A stretch of 63,285 bases of DNA, counting the filler, from Chiloscyllium plagiosum (taxonomy: Eukaryota), in assembly GCF_004010195.1 (NCBI RefSeq). It is 4 parts of one record of this genome, joined end to end, with 100 filler letters (N's around TTAATTAATTAA, not from the genome) between each part and the next. Parts side by side here need not be neighbours in the genome. Positions count along the whole stretch, not along the records: positions 44,669 to 52,274 come from NC_057711.1; positions 52,375 to 63,285 come from NC_057711.1; 2 more parts are not named here. One strand, written 5' to 3'. The translations under genes were made by a program, and so were the position numbers. Numbering within the stretch: the stretch's first letter is position 1; each line of letters begins with the position of its first letter. Under the pieces are notes generated by a model. The model saw only the letters and a list, made by a program, of their open reading frames with translations, searched no databases and was not told the DNA's origin. Positions 48,266-62,180 of this stretch are shown here, one piece after another.

Positions 48266-48711
48266 AGGTGGCACGGTGGCTCAGTGGTTAGCACTGCTGC
48301 CTCACAGCACCAGGGTCCCAGGTTCAATTCCAGCCTTGGGTGACTGTCTGTGTGGAGTTGCACATTCTCCCCATGTCTGTGTGGGGTTTTCTCTGGGTGC
48401 TCCAGTTTCATCCCAAAAATGTGCAGGTTAGGTGGATTGGGTATGCTACATTGCTGATGAAGAGTCTATGCTTGAAATGCTGACCCTCCTGCTCCTCAGA
48501 TGCTCCCTGACTGGCTGTGCATTTCCAGCACCACACTCTTTGATTCATGCTAAATTATCCCATAGTGTCGGGGGATGTATAAATTGGGTGGGTTAGCCAT
48601 GGGAAATGCAGGGTGATAGGGTAGGGGGGTTAATCTGGTTGGGACTCTTCGAAGAGTTGGTGTGGACTTGTTGGGCCAAACAGCCTGTTTCCACACCGGA
48701 GGGCTTCTATG
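48266..48711 (+). mobile_element. HE1 SINE with a Penelope pLTR inserted at ~48453-48545
   Basis: ggtggcacggtggctcagtggttagc head; insert ctgatgaagagtctatgcttgaaatgc... flanked by atgcta. Confidence 0.85.
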
Positions 48712-48829
48712 GCTAACTGTGCCCTAAAACTTCCAGAATGTAAGCTTTAGATTAGTTTTAAAGCAGTAAGAAAAACAAATTCCCTCCTTACATTGGAATC
48801 TTCTTCAGGTTTAGCTTTGGATTTATTTT

Positions 48830-49152
48830 TTATTCTTCATTCACATGATTGCAGCATCACTGGGCAACATTTATTCCCCATCTGGAGGTTAACCACATTA
48901 CTATGAGTCTGGAGTCTAAAGGCAAGACCAGATAAGGATGGCAGTTTGTTCTTTAAAGGACATTAGTGAACCAGACAGGGTTTTCCAACAATCAACAATG
49001 GATTCATGGTCATCATTACATTTTTAATTCCAAGCAACTTTTTAATTCAAATTCCAACATCTGCCATAGCAGGATTTGAACCAAGGTCCCCAAGTCCACA
49101 CCTGGGTCTCTAGATTAGCAACGCAGCCATAATACCACTAGGCCGTTGCCTC
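48830..49152 (-). mobile_element. SacSINE1-like SINE
   Basis: Same family as 24222-24542; minus-strand head ggcctagtggtattat and B-box-like ggttcaaatcc. Confidence 0.7.
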
Positions 49153-50576
49153 TCTCACAAGTCCCTGCGATTTGCAGGGTGATTGCATTTTTCAAAGTAT
49201 CTGAGCCTTAACTTCTTTCAAAGGTCTGCTAAAAACATCTCTTTTCAGCTGTTCTTATAGATTATCCATTTAAATCCACTCTTTTTAACCTCCTCTACTC
49301 AATACTCATTTTCAATCTGTACAATGCTCACCAACATCTTTCCGATAAGAGGGACACTATGAAAATCAAGCTGACATTATTGCGTTTCAACTTATTGTGA
49401 TGCCTGGTACTTGTGAGCAGAACCACAGAACTAATGGTTCACGCAAAAATAGGTTACAAGGCAGGTTTTCATTATCGTTTCAGTCAATTCATGGAAAGAT
49501 GAGATCAATTCTCATACAGTATCTCCTGAAAGATATAGACGATGGATCTGGTTTGATGATCTGGAAAATTATCAGCAATGTCTGCAGAATTGCTAGAGCA
49601 CTCAGCTTGCTTGGGAACCCAGTAATGAAATTTATTTCATTTTGCTGGCCATTCATTTTCATCATTTGTGGTTAAAATGATCCCAGTAGGAGCACCTGCA
49701 AGAACAGCGATATAACTTCAATTTCTCTTTGCTTGCACAGCATCAATGGATATATACACACATATTTGTTTCAACATTTTGTTTGAGTTCCCACAGCAGT
49801 TTTCTGCTTTATTTTCATGAACAATTTATCTATCTTTATCACAATTTTCTGATGCAGTGATTTTTGTTATTTTCTTCAAAGATACCCATGGAGGTTCAAG
49901 GCTTTGTTTGGAGTAGCCACTACATTCACTTCAATAACCTCCAAAGTACTCCGCTTGGCTGGATTTCACTGCATTCTGAAGGTCATTAAATCCTATCAAT
50001 GACAAGTGGAAGAGTACTGCATGATACTGAAAAAGCATCACTGATTGCTGCCAATAAATAAAGGCAACTTCCATGTGGCAAGTCATTTAGAGGTAGAGAC
50101 ATGTGGACTTTGTCTTAAATTCTTTGTTTTAATTTCTCTTTTTCCTTTATTATATTATCGTGGAGGGACTGTTATTCTGAACCTTTTATCTCTTTATTCT
50201 TCTAGTTTATTACTATGATTTTGTACCTTTGAAGGTCTGTAATACTGGAGTTTTTATTTACTTTCTAATTTTTTTCCAAAGAATTTGTACTCAAGCATCT
50301 GTATGTAGGTACCTTTGTACCTAAGATGGTGCCATATTTGGAGACTTGTGACCTTTTCACTGTACTCATCTGAATACATGCGACAATAAAGCTAATTCTA
50401 ATCATTGGCTAACATTATGAACCTTATTGTTGATGCCAGCCTTGAGGAGCGCACATGACATTGGGTCTGAGAATCTGGTTGGGTTGGTGATGACAGAAGA
50501 AATTATTATGTACTTTAATCCAAAACCTAAGGAGCACTCTTATTTCTCCCAGCTCCCCAGACATCAACCTTTTGCA

Positions 50577-50796
50577 AGGCAAAAGTGAGGACTGTAGATG
50601 CTGGAGATTAGAGTTGAGAGTGTGGTGCTGGGAAAGCACAGCAGGTCAGGCAGCATCTAAGGAGCAGGAAAATCGATGTATCGGACAAGTGCCCTTCATC
50701 AGGAATGGCTGATGAAGGGCTCTTGCCCAAAACATTGATTTTCCTGCTCCTCAGATGCTGCCTGACCTGCTGCGCTTTTCCAGCACCACACTCTCA
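50577..50796. mobile_element. Penelope pLTR fold-back insertion (family B-like)
   Basis: Inverted arms around cccttcatcaggaatggctgatgaaggg; 16-bp duplication acatcaa(c/t)cttttgca (50561-50576, 50797-50812). Confidence 0.85.
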
Positions 50797-51218
50797 ACAT
50801 CAATCTTTTGCAGGCAATCCTTAAGCTTGCAATCCGAGACATGTAGGACCTAATGGTTGTTTCAGGCATTAGTAAAGCCTGTTGTACATCCTGTGTGGAT
50901 CAATTTCTCACCAATAAGTGAATTACACATATCAAAACTCCTTCCTTCAATGAAACAAATCCATCTCATACTTCAATTCTTGTATATTCCACTTGGCACA
51001 CAACATCCTCACACTTAGCTTCCTATAAGGACACCATTCCATTCTCCTAGTTTCTTCTAGATTCTTCAGCTTCAACACATTTATATGCTTTCGAAAATAG
51101 GGAGACCAAAACTGTTCACAGTATGACAGATGTGGCCTCATGTGGCCTCATCAATGTTTGATACAACTGTAACATAATGTCCCTAATTTTATATTGGAAA
51201 GATGGTGATGTAGTGGTA

Positions 51219-51426
51219 GAGGTAGTTCTTCTATATTGTGAAGGTTTCGTTCCTGTGTTATAGAAAAATCACGCTTTAGAAATAGTACTTAAAGTATTGG
51301 CGACGTAATCATGTTACAGCCAACAAATATTTTGAAAGTTTGGGCTTTAGAAACAGTTTCGCCAATTCATCAATCGTGTTAGAGCAAATTCGCGTTAATG
51401 AAACGCATTATAGCAGAACAAGTCTA
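51219..51426. mobile_element. Second copy of the Tigger-like MITE, inside a SacSINE1-like SINE
   Basis: Shares cctgtgttatagaaaaat...gctttagaaa...caaattc-cgttaa-aaacgca-ttatagcaga with 15042-15252. Confidence 0.6.
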
Positions 51427-52117
51427 TAATGTCACTTGTCTAGTAATTCCGAACCCCAGACTAACACTCTAAAGAGATTGATTTGAAGCCCACCTTGGTG
51501 AAATTTGAATTCAATTGAATCTTAGTCTATGTTGTGAAGTCCTGTGGCATCCACCATTGGCATCCACTATCTGCCAACAATCATCCTGGTACATCTAGTG
51601 ACAATGCAATCTGAAAGCACACATCCTTGAAGGAAGGAAATCTGTCATCCTTCCCTGACCTGCTCTGCATGTGATTCCAGACTGTCAGAAATGTGGGTGA
51701 CAGTGAACTTCCCTCTGGGGATTGGACTATAAACACTGGCCTCACCAGTCATGCTCACATCCCACAAATAAATAGTAAAAATTTCAATTCCACTTGCAAT
51801 AAACAACACTCCAATTGCCTTCTTCAGCACTTGCTGTACTTGCATACTAAATTCCTGTGAGTCATGATTCAGTTGGCCCATGGGAAGCATTGAAAGATTC
51901 TTGGCTCCTGTTTAGTTTACCATTCACATTTTGAAAATTAAACCTATCATTCAGCTATCAAAACCTATTGCAATCTCAAGATGACATTAATAATGCAGCA
52001 CTGACACCACGACTGCCATGGAGACTCCTATGTAAAAAGATCTCAGAGATTCACTCTAATACCAGTATTTCTCAGAATATTTTCAGAACTTCTAAAGACT
52101 AATGGAAGGGAAGCTGT

Positions 52118-52274
52118 TAGAACATAGAACATAGAACAATACAGCACAGAACAGGCCGTTCGGCCCACGATGTTGTGCCGAACATTTGTCCTAGCTTAAG
52201 CACCCATCCATGTACCTATCCAATTGCCGCTTAAAGGTCACCAAAGATTCTGACTCTACCACTCCCAAAGGCAG
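52118..52274 (-). mobile_element. CR1 3' end next to a gap
   Basis: (AGAACAT)n reverse tail and 3' UTR similar to 56210-56300. Confidence 0.75.
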
Positions 52275-52374
52275 NNNNNNNNNNNNNNNNNNNNNNNNNN
52301 NNNNNNNNNNNNNNNNNNTTAATTAATTAANNNNNNNNNNNNNNNNNNNNNNNNNNNNNNNNNNNNNNNNNNNN

Positions 52375-53288
52375 TAAGAGTGGTGACGGAGATCGGTGTG
52401 GGGGCGGGGTTAGGCATGGTGATAGAGATCAGCGTGGGGGTGGAGTTAGGTGTGGTGACGGAGATCGGCGTGGGGGCGGAGACACATGCAGGTCGTGGTC
52501 GTTGTGGTCGTGCAGGTTAGTGATGTCACTGGGGACGGAAGTGGCTGCGGCGACGGCAACCCAGGGGGCGGAAGTGGCTGTGGCGACAGTGTTATTCCTG
52601 ATAGCCATGGAGGCTGCGAATCTGTCGGCGATGGTCATCCTGGCGATCGTGAAGGTGGTTGTCTGGTCGGTGATCGCGGAGGCTGCGAGGTCGGTGGGGG
52701 CGGAAGTGGCGTCATGGTCCGCGGCCGTGGTTGTTGCCGCGGGCGCTTTAGTGGCCGCGTGGTTAATGGCGGCGGACTGATTTCGGAGGCCGATGGAAGA
52801 TTCTGGAACAGTTGAGGAACCCAGAGTGTGGGGGTAAGTACATGAAAGTTTTTGGTACTTACTGTCTTTAATTTCCGATATGTCTAGGAAGAAATGTTTG
52901 TTTAGTGTATGGATTCTTCTGTGGATGAAGAACAGTAGAGGTCCTTTGCAGGTCTGTGAGAGTGTTGTCCTGAGCTGGGGTAGGTCTAATTGTAGGGAAT
53001 GTAGGTTGCGGCGCATGGCTGCAAGCGTGGAGCGAAGGATCCGGATGGAGGTCTGTTGCTGGAGGCTTCAGATTTGTTGTAGGTACTGGTTGTCCTGGTT
53101 GGGTCCAAATTTTGTTGGTCGGATCGTAGTCCGGAGTCCGTGCGGGATCAGTCGGTTCCGTAGGCAGGTGCTGAGGAAGGAGATGTGGCTGTGGTAGCGA
53201 GTCTGTTTGAGAACGTGGCTGAAGAGCTTCTGTGCAGACGAGATGACCTGGGGGGTGCAGTGAGAGAGGGACTCACTGAAATCCTCGT
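52375..53288 (-). mobile_element. Penelope-like element, N-terminal ORF region
   Basis: EDFSESLSHCTPQVISSAQKLF...HISFLSTCLRNRLIPHGL (H-x2-FL-x2-C-x5-IP-x-GL, recalled from PLE N-termini), then a helical region and an Ala/Thr-rich linker. One in-frame stop at 53068. Confidence 0.7.
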
Positions 53289-54660
53289 TTAGTCTTGTGG
53301 ACATATTTTTGTATGCCTGGTATAGTTCAGTTTCTGTCATATGATAACACTTGCCCCCACCCCCCAATACACACACCCAAACATGCACACACACATACAC
53401 AAACATGCACAGGAATGCACACACACACTCAGTGATGGGATTACCCTTAAGTATCATCAACAGAGAGTTAGATTCTCTCTGATTGGGGATGATTACTGTC
53501 TAACTTGTGAAGGATGATTATTACTTGCTCCTTATCAGCTCAAACCTAGATATTGCCCAGTTCTGGCTGCATATGAATATGCTACTTCAGTATCTGAGCT
53601 GTTGTGAATGGTGCTGAACATTGTGCAATCATTGACAAAGATCTCCACTTCTGAGCTTATGATGGAAGAAGGGTTATTGATATAATAGTTGAAGTTGGTT
53701 GGGTCTAGCACACTACATAGTGATACTCCAATAGCGATGTCAATGGGCTGATATGCTCAGCATCAAACAATGTTGTGCTGGGTATGACTGTAAGCAATGA
53801 GCTCAGCACCCAGATACTTCACTCTAACTGATATTTTGTTAAGGCTTGTTGATGCCACACCAAGCCAAGTGAGGTCTTCTTACAAAAGTCTCCCCTTTCC
53901 TCAAGCTCAACTCTTTTATCCGTGGTTTGATCAATGCTCTGAGGAGGTCAGCAGCTGGATGGTCTTGGCAAAACCCAACCTGCCAAAGAGTGAGTAGGTT
54001 ACCGCTGCATTAAGTGTCACCTTAAAGCATTGTCGATTTCGCCCTCTATCAGTTTGCTTATCAGAAAGTAGAATGATAATATGGTCGTTAACTAGATTTG
54101 TTCTCCTTGCAGACACGACTTACTGGGCGATTCTCTACATTCTTGGGTAATTGCCAATGTGTTCGCTGTACTGGAACAGCTTGACTTATCCTGAGGCATA
54201 AATCTTCAATAATATAACATTCTTAGAGCTTGGAGCCTTTTGCCTGCATCCAGTGAATTCAGCCATTTCTATGAAGTGAATCAAGTTAGCTGAAGTTAGC
54301 AGTAGTTTCTGAGTGTGAGGTCCTGTGGTTAAACTGTCTCAGTAGCAAGGCTGTTGTATTATCCATCAAGCTTTTTGGCTGGAGGCTGCTTTACCGTTGC
54401 CGTATATGGTTAGATTAATCCCATAAAGTCCTATACTTGTTTCCGTATACTTCTGCTAATGTGTTAGTTATTGCAAGGAATGTATATAAAACAATAAGAA
54501 ATAGGGACGGCAGTAAGCCGTTTGGACCCTCGAGCGAGCTCTGCTATTCAATAGGATCATGGCTGATCTGACACCCTTTACATCCTCTTTCCTGCCTTCC
54601 CCTCGTAACCCTGAATCCCCTATGTCACATGAGCTCTGCTCAGCTTTGTCTCCTCAGTAC

Positions 54661-55003
54661 AATCATAGAATCCCGACAGTGCAGAAGCAGGCCCAAGTCC
54701 ACACTGATCCTCTAAAGAGTATCCACCCATTCCCATTTCCCTACCCTATTACTCGACATTTTTTCTGACTAATGCACCTAACCTACACACCCCTGAACAC
54801 TATGAGACAATTTTAGCATGGCCAATTCACCAAACCTGCACATCTTTGTGGTTGTAGGAGGAAGCCGGAGCACCCGGAGGAAACCCACTCAGACTCGGGG
54901 AGAACGTGCAGACTCCACACAGACAGTCACCCGAGGGTGGAATCAAACCCGGGTGCCTGGCGCTGTGAGGCAGCAGTGCTAACCACTGAGCCACTGTGCT
55001 GCC
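54661..55003 (-). mobile_element. HE1 SINE
   Basis: ggagcacccggaggaaacccac...gtgaggcagcagtgctaaccactgagccac. Confidence 0.88.
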
Positions 55004-55102
55004 CTACAATCTTACAATCGCTGAAACAAAAGTCCTTAAAAGCATTGCTGAATGTTGCCAACGATATAGAAGAGCAAGTGTCTCCGAGCTTTAAAGCAAT
55101 GT

Positions 55103-55472
55103 CAATCTCACCAAAACTCCCATAAACCACCAATTCTTGAGTACCAATCGCACCAACAAAACTTCCATAACCCCCCCATTTCTGTGTGCCAATTGCACCA
55201 ACAAAACTTCTATAACCCCCCCATTTCTGTGTGCCAATCTCACAAACAAAACTCCCGTAACCGTCCCTTTCCTGAGTGCCAATCTCACCAAGAAAACTCC
55301 CATAACCCACCACTTCCTGAGTACTAATCTCACCAACAAAACTCCCATAACCCACCATTTCCTGAGTACTAATCTCACCAACAAAACTCCCATAACCCAC
55401 CATTTCCTGAGTGCCAATCTCATCAACAAAACTCCCATAATCCCCCAGTTCCTGAGTGCCAATCTCACCAAC
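55103..55472. repeat. 45-bp minisatellite, about 8 copies
   Basis: Unit aatctcaccaacaaaactcccataacccaccatttcctgagtact, with variants. Confidence 0.95.
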
Positions 55473-56209
55473 TGCTTTCCCATTGCCACTATCTCCAAAT
55501 CCTATGTTTCTAATGAACTTAATTCCAGTTTGCTCGGTGCAGGCTCTTGGCGCACATTTTCCCATTCTGTTTGCAGGCACTTTTAAGTTCAGTGACAGAA
55601 TCTCTATTGGCAGGGCCACAGAGCAAGAAGAGGAGAGAGAATGAGATGAGAAATTCAAAGACGCAGACCTTCCTGACTAAAAGGTGGCACCCATAAAGCA
55701 GGGCACAACTTATCATGTTCCGGAAAGAACTATTTCCTGTGCATTATGTTGATACTCCTATTTGATATGAAAAGATGCAGGGATGTTTTCTTAGTATTCA
55801 GGGTCCTCAACCAACATGATTAAAATCTTTTTATTATTTACTTTATTGCTATTTTATGAAGCTCGTTATTTGTAAATTGACTGCTGTATTTCCCTACATT
55901 GCTGCAGAAGGAAGCGCTGTGTGGATGTCCTAAATGCAAAAACACAGTACAGTGCATGGTCTTCTTGTTATATGAGTTATACAGTCACAAAACTGACCTC
56001 AGATATCGATCCAAACAAAGATCATATTAGAAACAAAATGTTAACTCCATTTCTCTCCTACAGTTTCTGCAGTGCCTTCAGTTTTTATTTCAGAAATACA
56101 TCGGTGTGTGAAAATAAGAAGCTTTGAATAAAGAATTTTGACTAAATTGATAATTTAATTCAAGGAGCCATGGCACAAGATGAAACAACAAGGGGAATCT
56201 ATACAGTGT

Positions 56210-59200
56210 TAGAACATAGAACATAGAACAATCCAGCGCAGAACAGGCCCTTCGGCCCTCGATGTTGTGCCGACCTGTGTACTAATCTAAGCCCATCCCC
56301 CTAAGCTATCCCATCGTCATCCATGTGCTTATCTAAAGATTGTTTAAATCTTCCTAATGTGGCTGAGTTGACTACATTAGCAGGTAGGGCATTCCACACC
56401 CTTACCACTCTCTGAGTAAAGAACCTGCCTCTGACATCTGTCTTAAATCTATCACCCCTCAATTTGTAGTTATGCCCCCTTGTACAAGCTGAAGTCATCA
56501 TCCTAGGAAAAAGATTCTCACTGTCTACCCTATCTAATCCTCTGATCATCTTGTATGTCTCCATCAAATCCCCTCTTAGCCTTCTTCTTTCCAATGAGAA
56601 CAGTCCCAAGTCTCTCAGCCTTTCCTCATAAGACCTTCCCTCCAGACCAGGCAACATCCTGGTAAATCTCTTCTGCACCTTTTCTAATGCTTCCACAACC
56701 TTCCCGAAATATGGCAACCAGAACTGTACACAATATTCCAAGTGTGGCCACACGAACATTTTGTATAGTTGCAGCATGATATTGCAGCTCCGGAACTCAA
56801 TCCCTCTACCAATGAAGCCTAACACACCATATGCCTTCTTAACAGCACTATCAACCTGGGTGGCAACTTTCAGAGATCCATGTACATGGACATCAAGATC
56901 CCTCTGCACATTGCAATACCAAGAATCTTTCAATTGACCCAGTACTCTGCCTTTCTGTTATTCTTCCCAAAGTGAATCACCTCACATTTAGCTGCATTGA
57001 ACTCCATTTTCCACCTCTCAGCCCAATTCTGCAGTTTATCCAAATCCCCCTGCAACCTGTAACATTCTTCCGAACTGTCCACTACTCCACCGACTTTAGT
57101 GTCATCTGCAAATTTCCATCCACCTATGCCTGCATCTAAGTCATTTATAAAAATGACAAACAGCAGTGGTCCCAAAACAGATCCTCGTGGCACACAACTA
57201 GTAACTGGACTCCAGGCTAAATATTTTCCATCAACCACCACTCGCTGCCTTCTTTCAGAAAGCCAGTTTCTAATCCAAACTGCTAAGTCACCCTCAAACC
57301 CATGGCTCTGCATTTTCTCCAACAACTTATCATGTGGATCCTTATCAAAGGCTTTACTGAAGTCCATGTATACCACGTCAACTGCCCTACCCTCATCCAC
57401 ATGCTTGGTCACCTTCTCAAAAAACTCAATGAGGTTTGTGAGACATGATCTGCCCTTGACGAAAGCATGTTAACTATCTGAAATCAGATTGTTGCTTGCG
57501 AGATGATTATAAATCCTATCTCTTTTAATCCTTTCCAAAACCTTTCCTACAACAGAAGTAAGGCTCACTGGTCAATAATTACCTGGATCATCTCTACTGT
57601 CCTTCTTGAACAAGGGCACAACATTTGCAATCCTCCAGTCTTCTGGTACTAAACTTTTGGACAATGACGACTCAAATATCAAAGCCAAAGGCTCTGCTAT
57701 CTCCTCCCTAGCTTCCCAGAGAATCCTCAGTTAAATCCCATCTGGCCCAGGCGACTTGTCTACTTTCAATCCTTCTAGAATTGATAACACCTCTTTGTAA
57801 CTAACCTCTATCCTTTCTAGTCTAATATCTCATGTCTCATTCTTCTCCTCTATAATATTCTCCTTTTCCTGAGTGAAAACCAATGAGAAATGTTCGTTTA
57901 GCACCTCTCCAATCTCCACAGGATCCACACTCAACTTCCTACTTCTGTCTTTGACTGGTCCTATTCCTACCCTAATCATCCTTTTATTCCTCACATACCA
58001 TAGAAAGTTTTAGGGATCTCCTTTATTCTATTTGCTAAAGACTGCTCGCGTCCTCGCTTTACTCTTTTTAACTCTCTCTTTAAAACCTTCCTAGCTGATC
58101 TGTAACTCTCCATCGCCTCATCTGATACATCTTGTCTCATCAACACATAAGCTTAACAAGAGATGCAATTTCTGTAGTAAACCATGGTTCCCTTACCCTA
58201 TCACTTCCTCCCTGCCTGACAGGGACATACCTATCAAGGACACACAATATCTGTTCCTTAAACCAGCACCACATTTCCATTGTCTGCATCCCCTGCATTT
58301 TGCTACCCCATTCTATGCATCCTAATTCTTGCCTAATTGCATTATAATTGCCCTTGCCCCATCTATAACTCTTGACCTGTGGCATGTACCAATCCCTTTC
58401 CATCGCTAAACTAAATGTAACTGATTTATGGTCACTGTCTCCAAAGTGCTCACCTACAACTAAATCAAACACCTGGCCTGGTTCATTACCAAGCACCAGA
58501 TCTAGTGTGGCCTCCTCTCTTGTCGGCCCTTCGACATACTGTGTCAGGAAACTGTCCTATACACATTGGACAAAAACTGATCCATCTGACATACTAGAGT
58601 TATAGCATTTCCAGTCAATGTTGGGGAAGTTAAAGTCCCCGATAAGGACCACCCTGTTCCTTTCACTCCTACTCAAGATAATGTTGCCAATCCTCGCCTC
58701 CACATCCCTGGAACTCTGTGGAGGCCTATAAAAAACTCTCAGCAGTGTGACCTCTCCTCTCCTGTTTCAAACGTCAGCCCACACTACCTCAGTAGACGAG
58801 TCCTCATCAAAAGTTCTTTCCACTAGCTTTATACTGTGTTGACTAACAAGGCCACGCCTCCCCCTCTTTTACCACCTTGCCTATTCTTAATGAAAGATCT
58901 ATACCCTGGAACCTGCAACATCCATTCCTCACCCTGCTCTATCCATGTCTCCAAAATGGCCACAACATCGAAGTCCCAGCTATCTATCCATGCTGCAAGC
59001 TCACCTACCTTATTTTGGATACTTCTGGCATTGAAGTAGGCACACTTCAAACCAGCTTGCTGTCTGCCAGCACATGAAATCCTGTCCCTGTCCTCCCTAC
59101 GGTTGTCCTCCTGTGCACTGGAATTACACCTCAGGTTCCCATCCCCCTGCTGAGCTAATTTAAACCCACCCGAATAGCACCAGCAAGTTTCTCACCCAGG

Positions 59201-60260
59201 ATATTAGTACCCCTCTGGTTCAAGTGAAGACTGTCCTGTTTGTACAGGTCCCGCCTTCCCCAGAATGAGCCCGAATTATCCAAGTACCTAAAACCCTCCC
59301 TCCTGCACCATCCCTGCAGCCATGTGTTCAGCTGATATCTCTCCATTTCCTTGCCTCACTATCACGTGGCACAGGTAACAAACCAGAGATAACAACTCTG
59401 TTTGTTCTAGCTCTCAGCTTCCACCCTAGCTCCCTGAAATCCTGCCTTACATCCCTATCCCTCTTTCTACCTATGTCATTGGTACCTACGTGAACCACGA
59501 TTTGGGGCTGGTCACCCTCTCCCTGCAGGACCCCAAAGACACGATCCAAGACATCACGGACCCCGGCACTGGGGGGTAACACACCAACCGTGAGTCTCGT
59601 TCGTTCCCAACAAACCTTCTATCTGAGCCTCTAACTATTGAGTCCCCAATGACTAACACACTCCTCCTTTCCTACTTCCCTTCTGTGCAACAAGGACAGG
59701 CTCTGTGCCAGAGACCTGGATCCCACTGCATACCCCTGGTAAGTCATCCCCCTCAACAGTATCCAAAACGGTATGCATGTTTTTCAGGGGAACGACCACA
59801 GGTGATTCCTGCACTGACTGCTTTTCCCCTCCCCGAAGAGTTACCCAGCTTTCTTTGTGCCTCGGAGTAACTACTTCCCGGTAACTCTTATCTATCACAG
59901 CCTCTGCCTCCCGAATGATCCGAGGTTCATCCAGCTCTCGCTCCTGTTCCCTAACACGGTCTTGGAGGAGCGAGAATTGAGTGCACTTCCTGTAGATGTA
60001 CTTGGATGGGACACTAATGGCGTCCCTCAACTCAAACATCATGCAGGAGGAACATGAATCTCCCTGCACTGCCATCCCTGCTAGTCCCCTTATCACAAAG
60101 TAAAAAAGAAGAGATGCTTACCTGATGTGTCCCTGCTGTTTAAGGTTAGAGGAGGTGGTTGGGTGAGAGGTCCTAGGAGGTCTTGGCTTTTGAAAACACT
60201 GATTTATATAGCTGGACGGAAATAAAGAAAAGTCCCTCCTTTCCCAGAAACCTCTGCTCT
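56210..60260 (-). mobile_element. Near full-length decayed CR1 LINE (ORF1 zinc finger/coiled coil/SGNH esterase; ORF2 APE and RT)
   Basis: ORF1 ~60075-59155: CSSC...RKC, VVHVGTNDIG, DSLHLNQRG. ORF2 ~59050-56301: YFNARSI, ETW, DSDH, DFSKAFD, GSVLGP, FADDTK, HLEYCVQFW. (TTCTATG)n tail. Multiple stops and frameshifts; 5' boundary approximate. Confidence 0.95.
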
Positions 60261-62180
60261 CTGATTTCAAATATAAAATATAATATAAAATGTAAAAGTG
60301 TTCATTATCATTAAATTATTTGCATCGTTGTTTTTGAGGTTAGACATTCCTGATTTAAAAACATGAAATGTTACACACTTCTTAATACAACTCTTTCCTG
60401 AATACTGCTTTTTCCTTTTCACAGTTTAGGGTTCCATCAGGTGTAAAAGATTTGGACGTCAGTATCTGTTACATCAGCCTTCATCCTGGAATAAGTGAGT
60501 GTGCCCAGAAGCGCCCTTGCAGCAATGAATGCTGGGATGCTTTATTTGTTACATGTCAAGAATCCCTTTTGCTACCCGTCACAAGACAACAGCCCTTGCA
60601 GATTGTGTGTTTTGGACCGAAACTCCCAGCAAAAGAATTCCCAGACTGAAACTCTCATTGGTAACAAAAAAAAAAGCAAATTATAAATGTGGCAATTTGC
60701 CCTGCTGTCACTGTGGGGTTTCCAAAGCCTGTGGCTTTTATCTGAGCAATATGATAGAAAATGCAGTGAAGTGTGCTGATATAATAACAGGTTGGCAGGC
60801 ACATATCTTAGAACTGCAGGAACCAAGCAAAGTAAGCCTCAGTGGTGACTTATTTAAATTCTATATCCTCTGTAGGTTGTCACATCTGTTTCTCCTGAGC
60901 CAGCCCAGAATCATGAATCCCAAGAGGCATAAGGTTATTCAGATGCAACTGTTCTGTTATGTCAAATCACAAATATCAGGGCCAAACTTGGATAGCTCAC
61001 TAAAGGTTTGTGACCTGTCAACAACTTCACTATTGAACCATTGGAGTTTTAGTTTCCCCCCTTTTTTCTGTCCTCAGACTGATACTTCTGCATTTTTTTC
61101 CTTTTTTGTCACTAATTCTACCCCTGAAAATAATAACTTGCTAAAGAATGGTTCTACAGGGTCTGAGAGCCTGAACTCTATGAGTTTTTTTTTAACTTTG
61201 TAGTAAATACTCACAGATTCTCCAAGCATTGGTGACATTACAACTAAGCCCAGGCCTCTTGTAAGTGTTAATGTACTGATTCATTTCCCCTTCAGCAATC
61301 AGAGGGCATTGAGGGTAACTGTAGACTTTGTACCACCATCTACTCATCAGCTAACATTTCACAAAGGATTGAATCCTGCTTTATATAATTCTGAAATTCA
61401 CTGAAGGGTAAGCAGTGGGGGGTGCTGGAGATTTATGCCAAACTGGAGACAGCGTTTTTTTATTTTCATTCCTTAACTGTTTCTCTCTCTTCATGTTTTT
61501 CTCTGATCATTTGAGATTTATAATCAAGTAAACCAAAAATAAATTGTATTTTGTGAAACCTTCCTAAAAGAAAAAAAGAGGAAAGTTGGGCTCAGTTTTA
61601 AAGTACTTTAAGCAACTGAAAGACTTTGGAAGTTTCACAGCCATTAAATTAGTGACAAATTGAGATTGTTGGGTAAAACTCCTGGGAATCCAGTTCTACT
61701 GGTGTAAATATGACAACAACAAACTACAGTGAAAAAGTTGGTTGGCTTTGAGTCTTCCCCAATATTCAATAAGATCATGGCTGGTCTTCTGTCTCAACTG
61801 CAATTCACATACTACTCCCATGTTCCTTACTTTCCTGAGTGTTCCCAAAATCTATTGATCTTTAACTTGAGCTCCTGTCTACTCATTGGTAAAGGTGCCA
61901 TGTCCCACATTACTAGAAAAAGAGCCATTGGTGTGGTTGTGGTAGATAGCCTGTGCCTATTAAAGCCCATCAAAGTCACGGTGATTTTTGTGGTGAGAAG
62001 GCACTCAGTTGTGTATGAAAATGCTTCTTGGTAGAGAGAAAAAGAAATAAAACATGTAATGAATTTCTCCTGATGTCGAGATAAGCTTCACTAGTCTAAT
62101 TGCTTAATTCTGTTACCAATCTCAACATAGGCCACATTGCTCAGACATCTATAAGCTTCCACCTATAGATATTCATGGGA

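Noticed and set aside
52429..53460. Host gene in the GC-rich ORFs
   Set aside because: Better explained as a Penelope-like N-terminal ORF with an in-frame stop; plus-strand ORFs are antisense shadows.
56064..56103. Possible plus-strand micro-exon FLQCLQFLFQKYI
   Set aside because: Weak donor (gtgtgt) and no homology recognised.
60425..60494. Possible plus-strand exon (ttttcacag|...GGAATAA|gtgagt; FRVPSGVKDLDVSICYISLHPGI)
   Set aside because: Good splice-like signals but no recognisable homology or supported partner exon; would need RNA-seq.
60529..61203. 224-aa plus-strand ORF
   Set aside because: No ATG start, no recognisable domain, intron-like composition with A and T runs.
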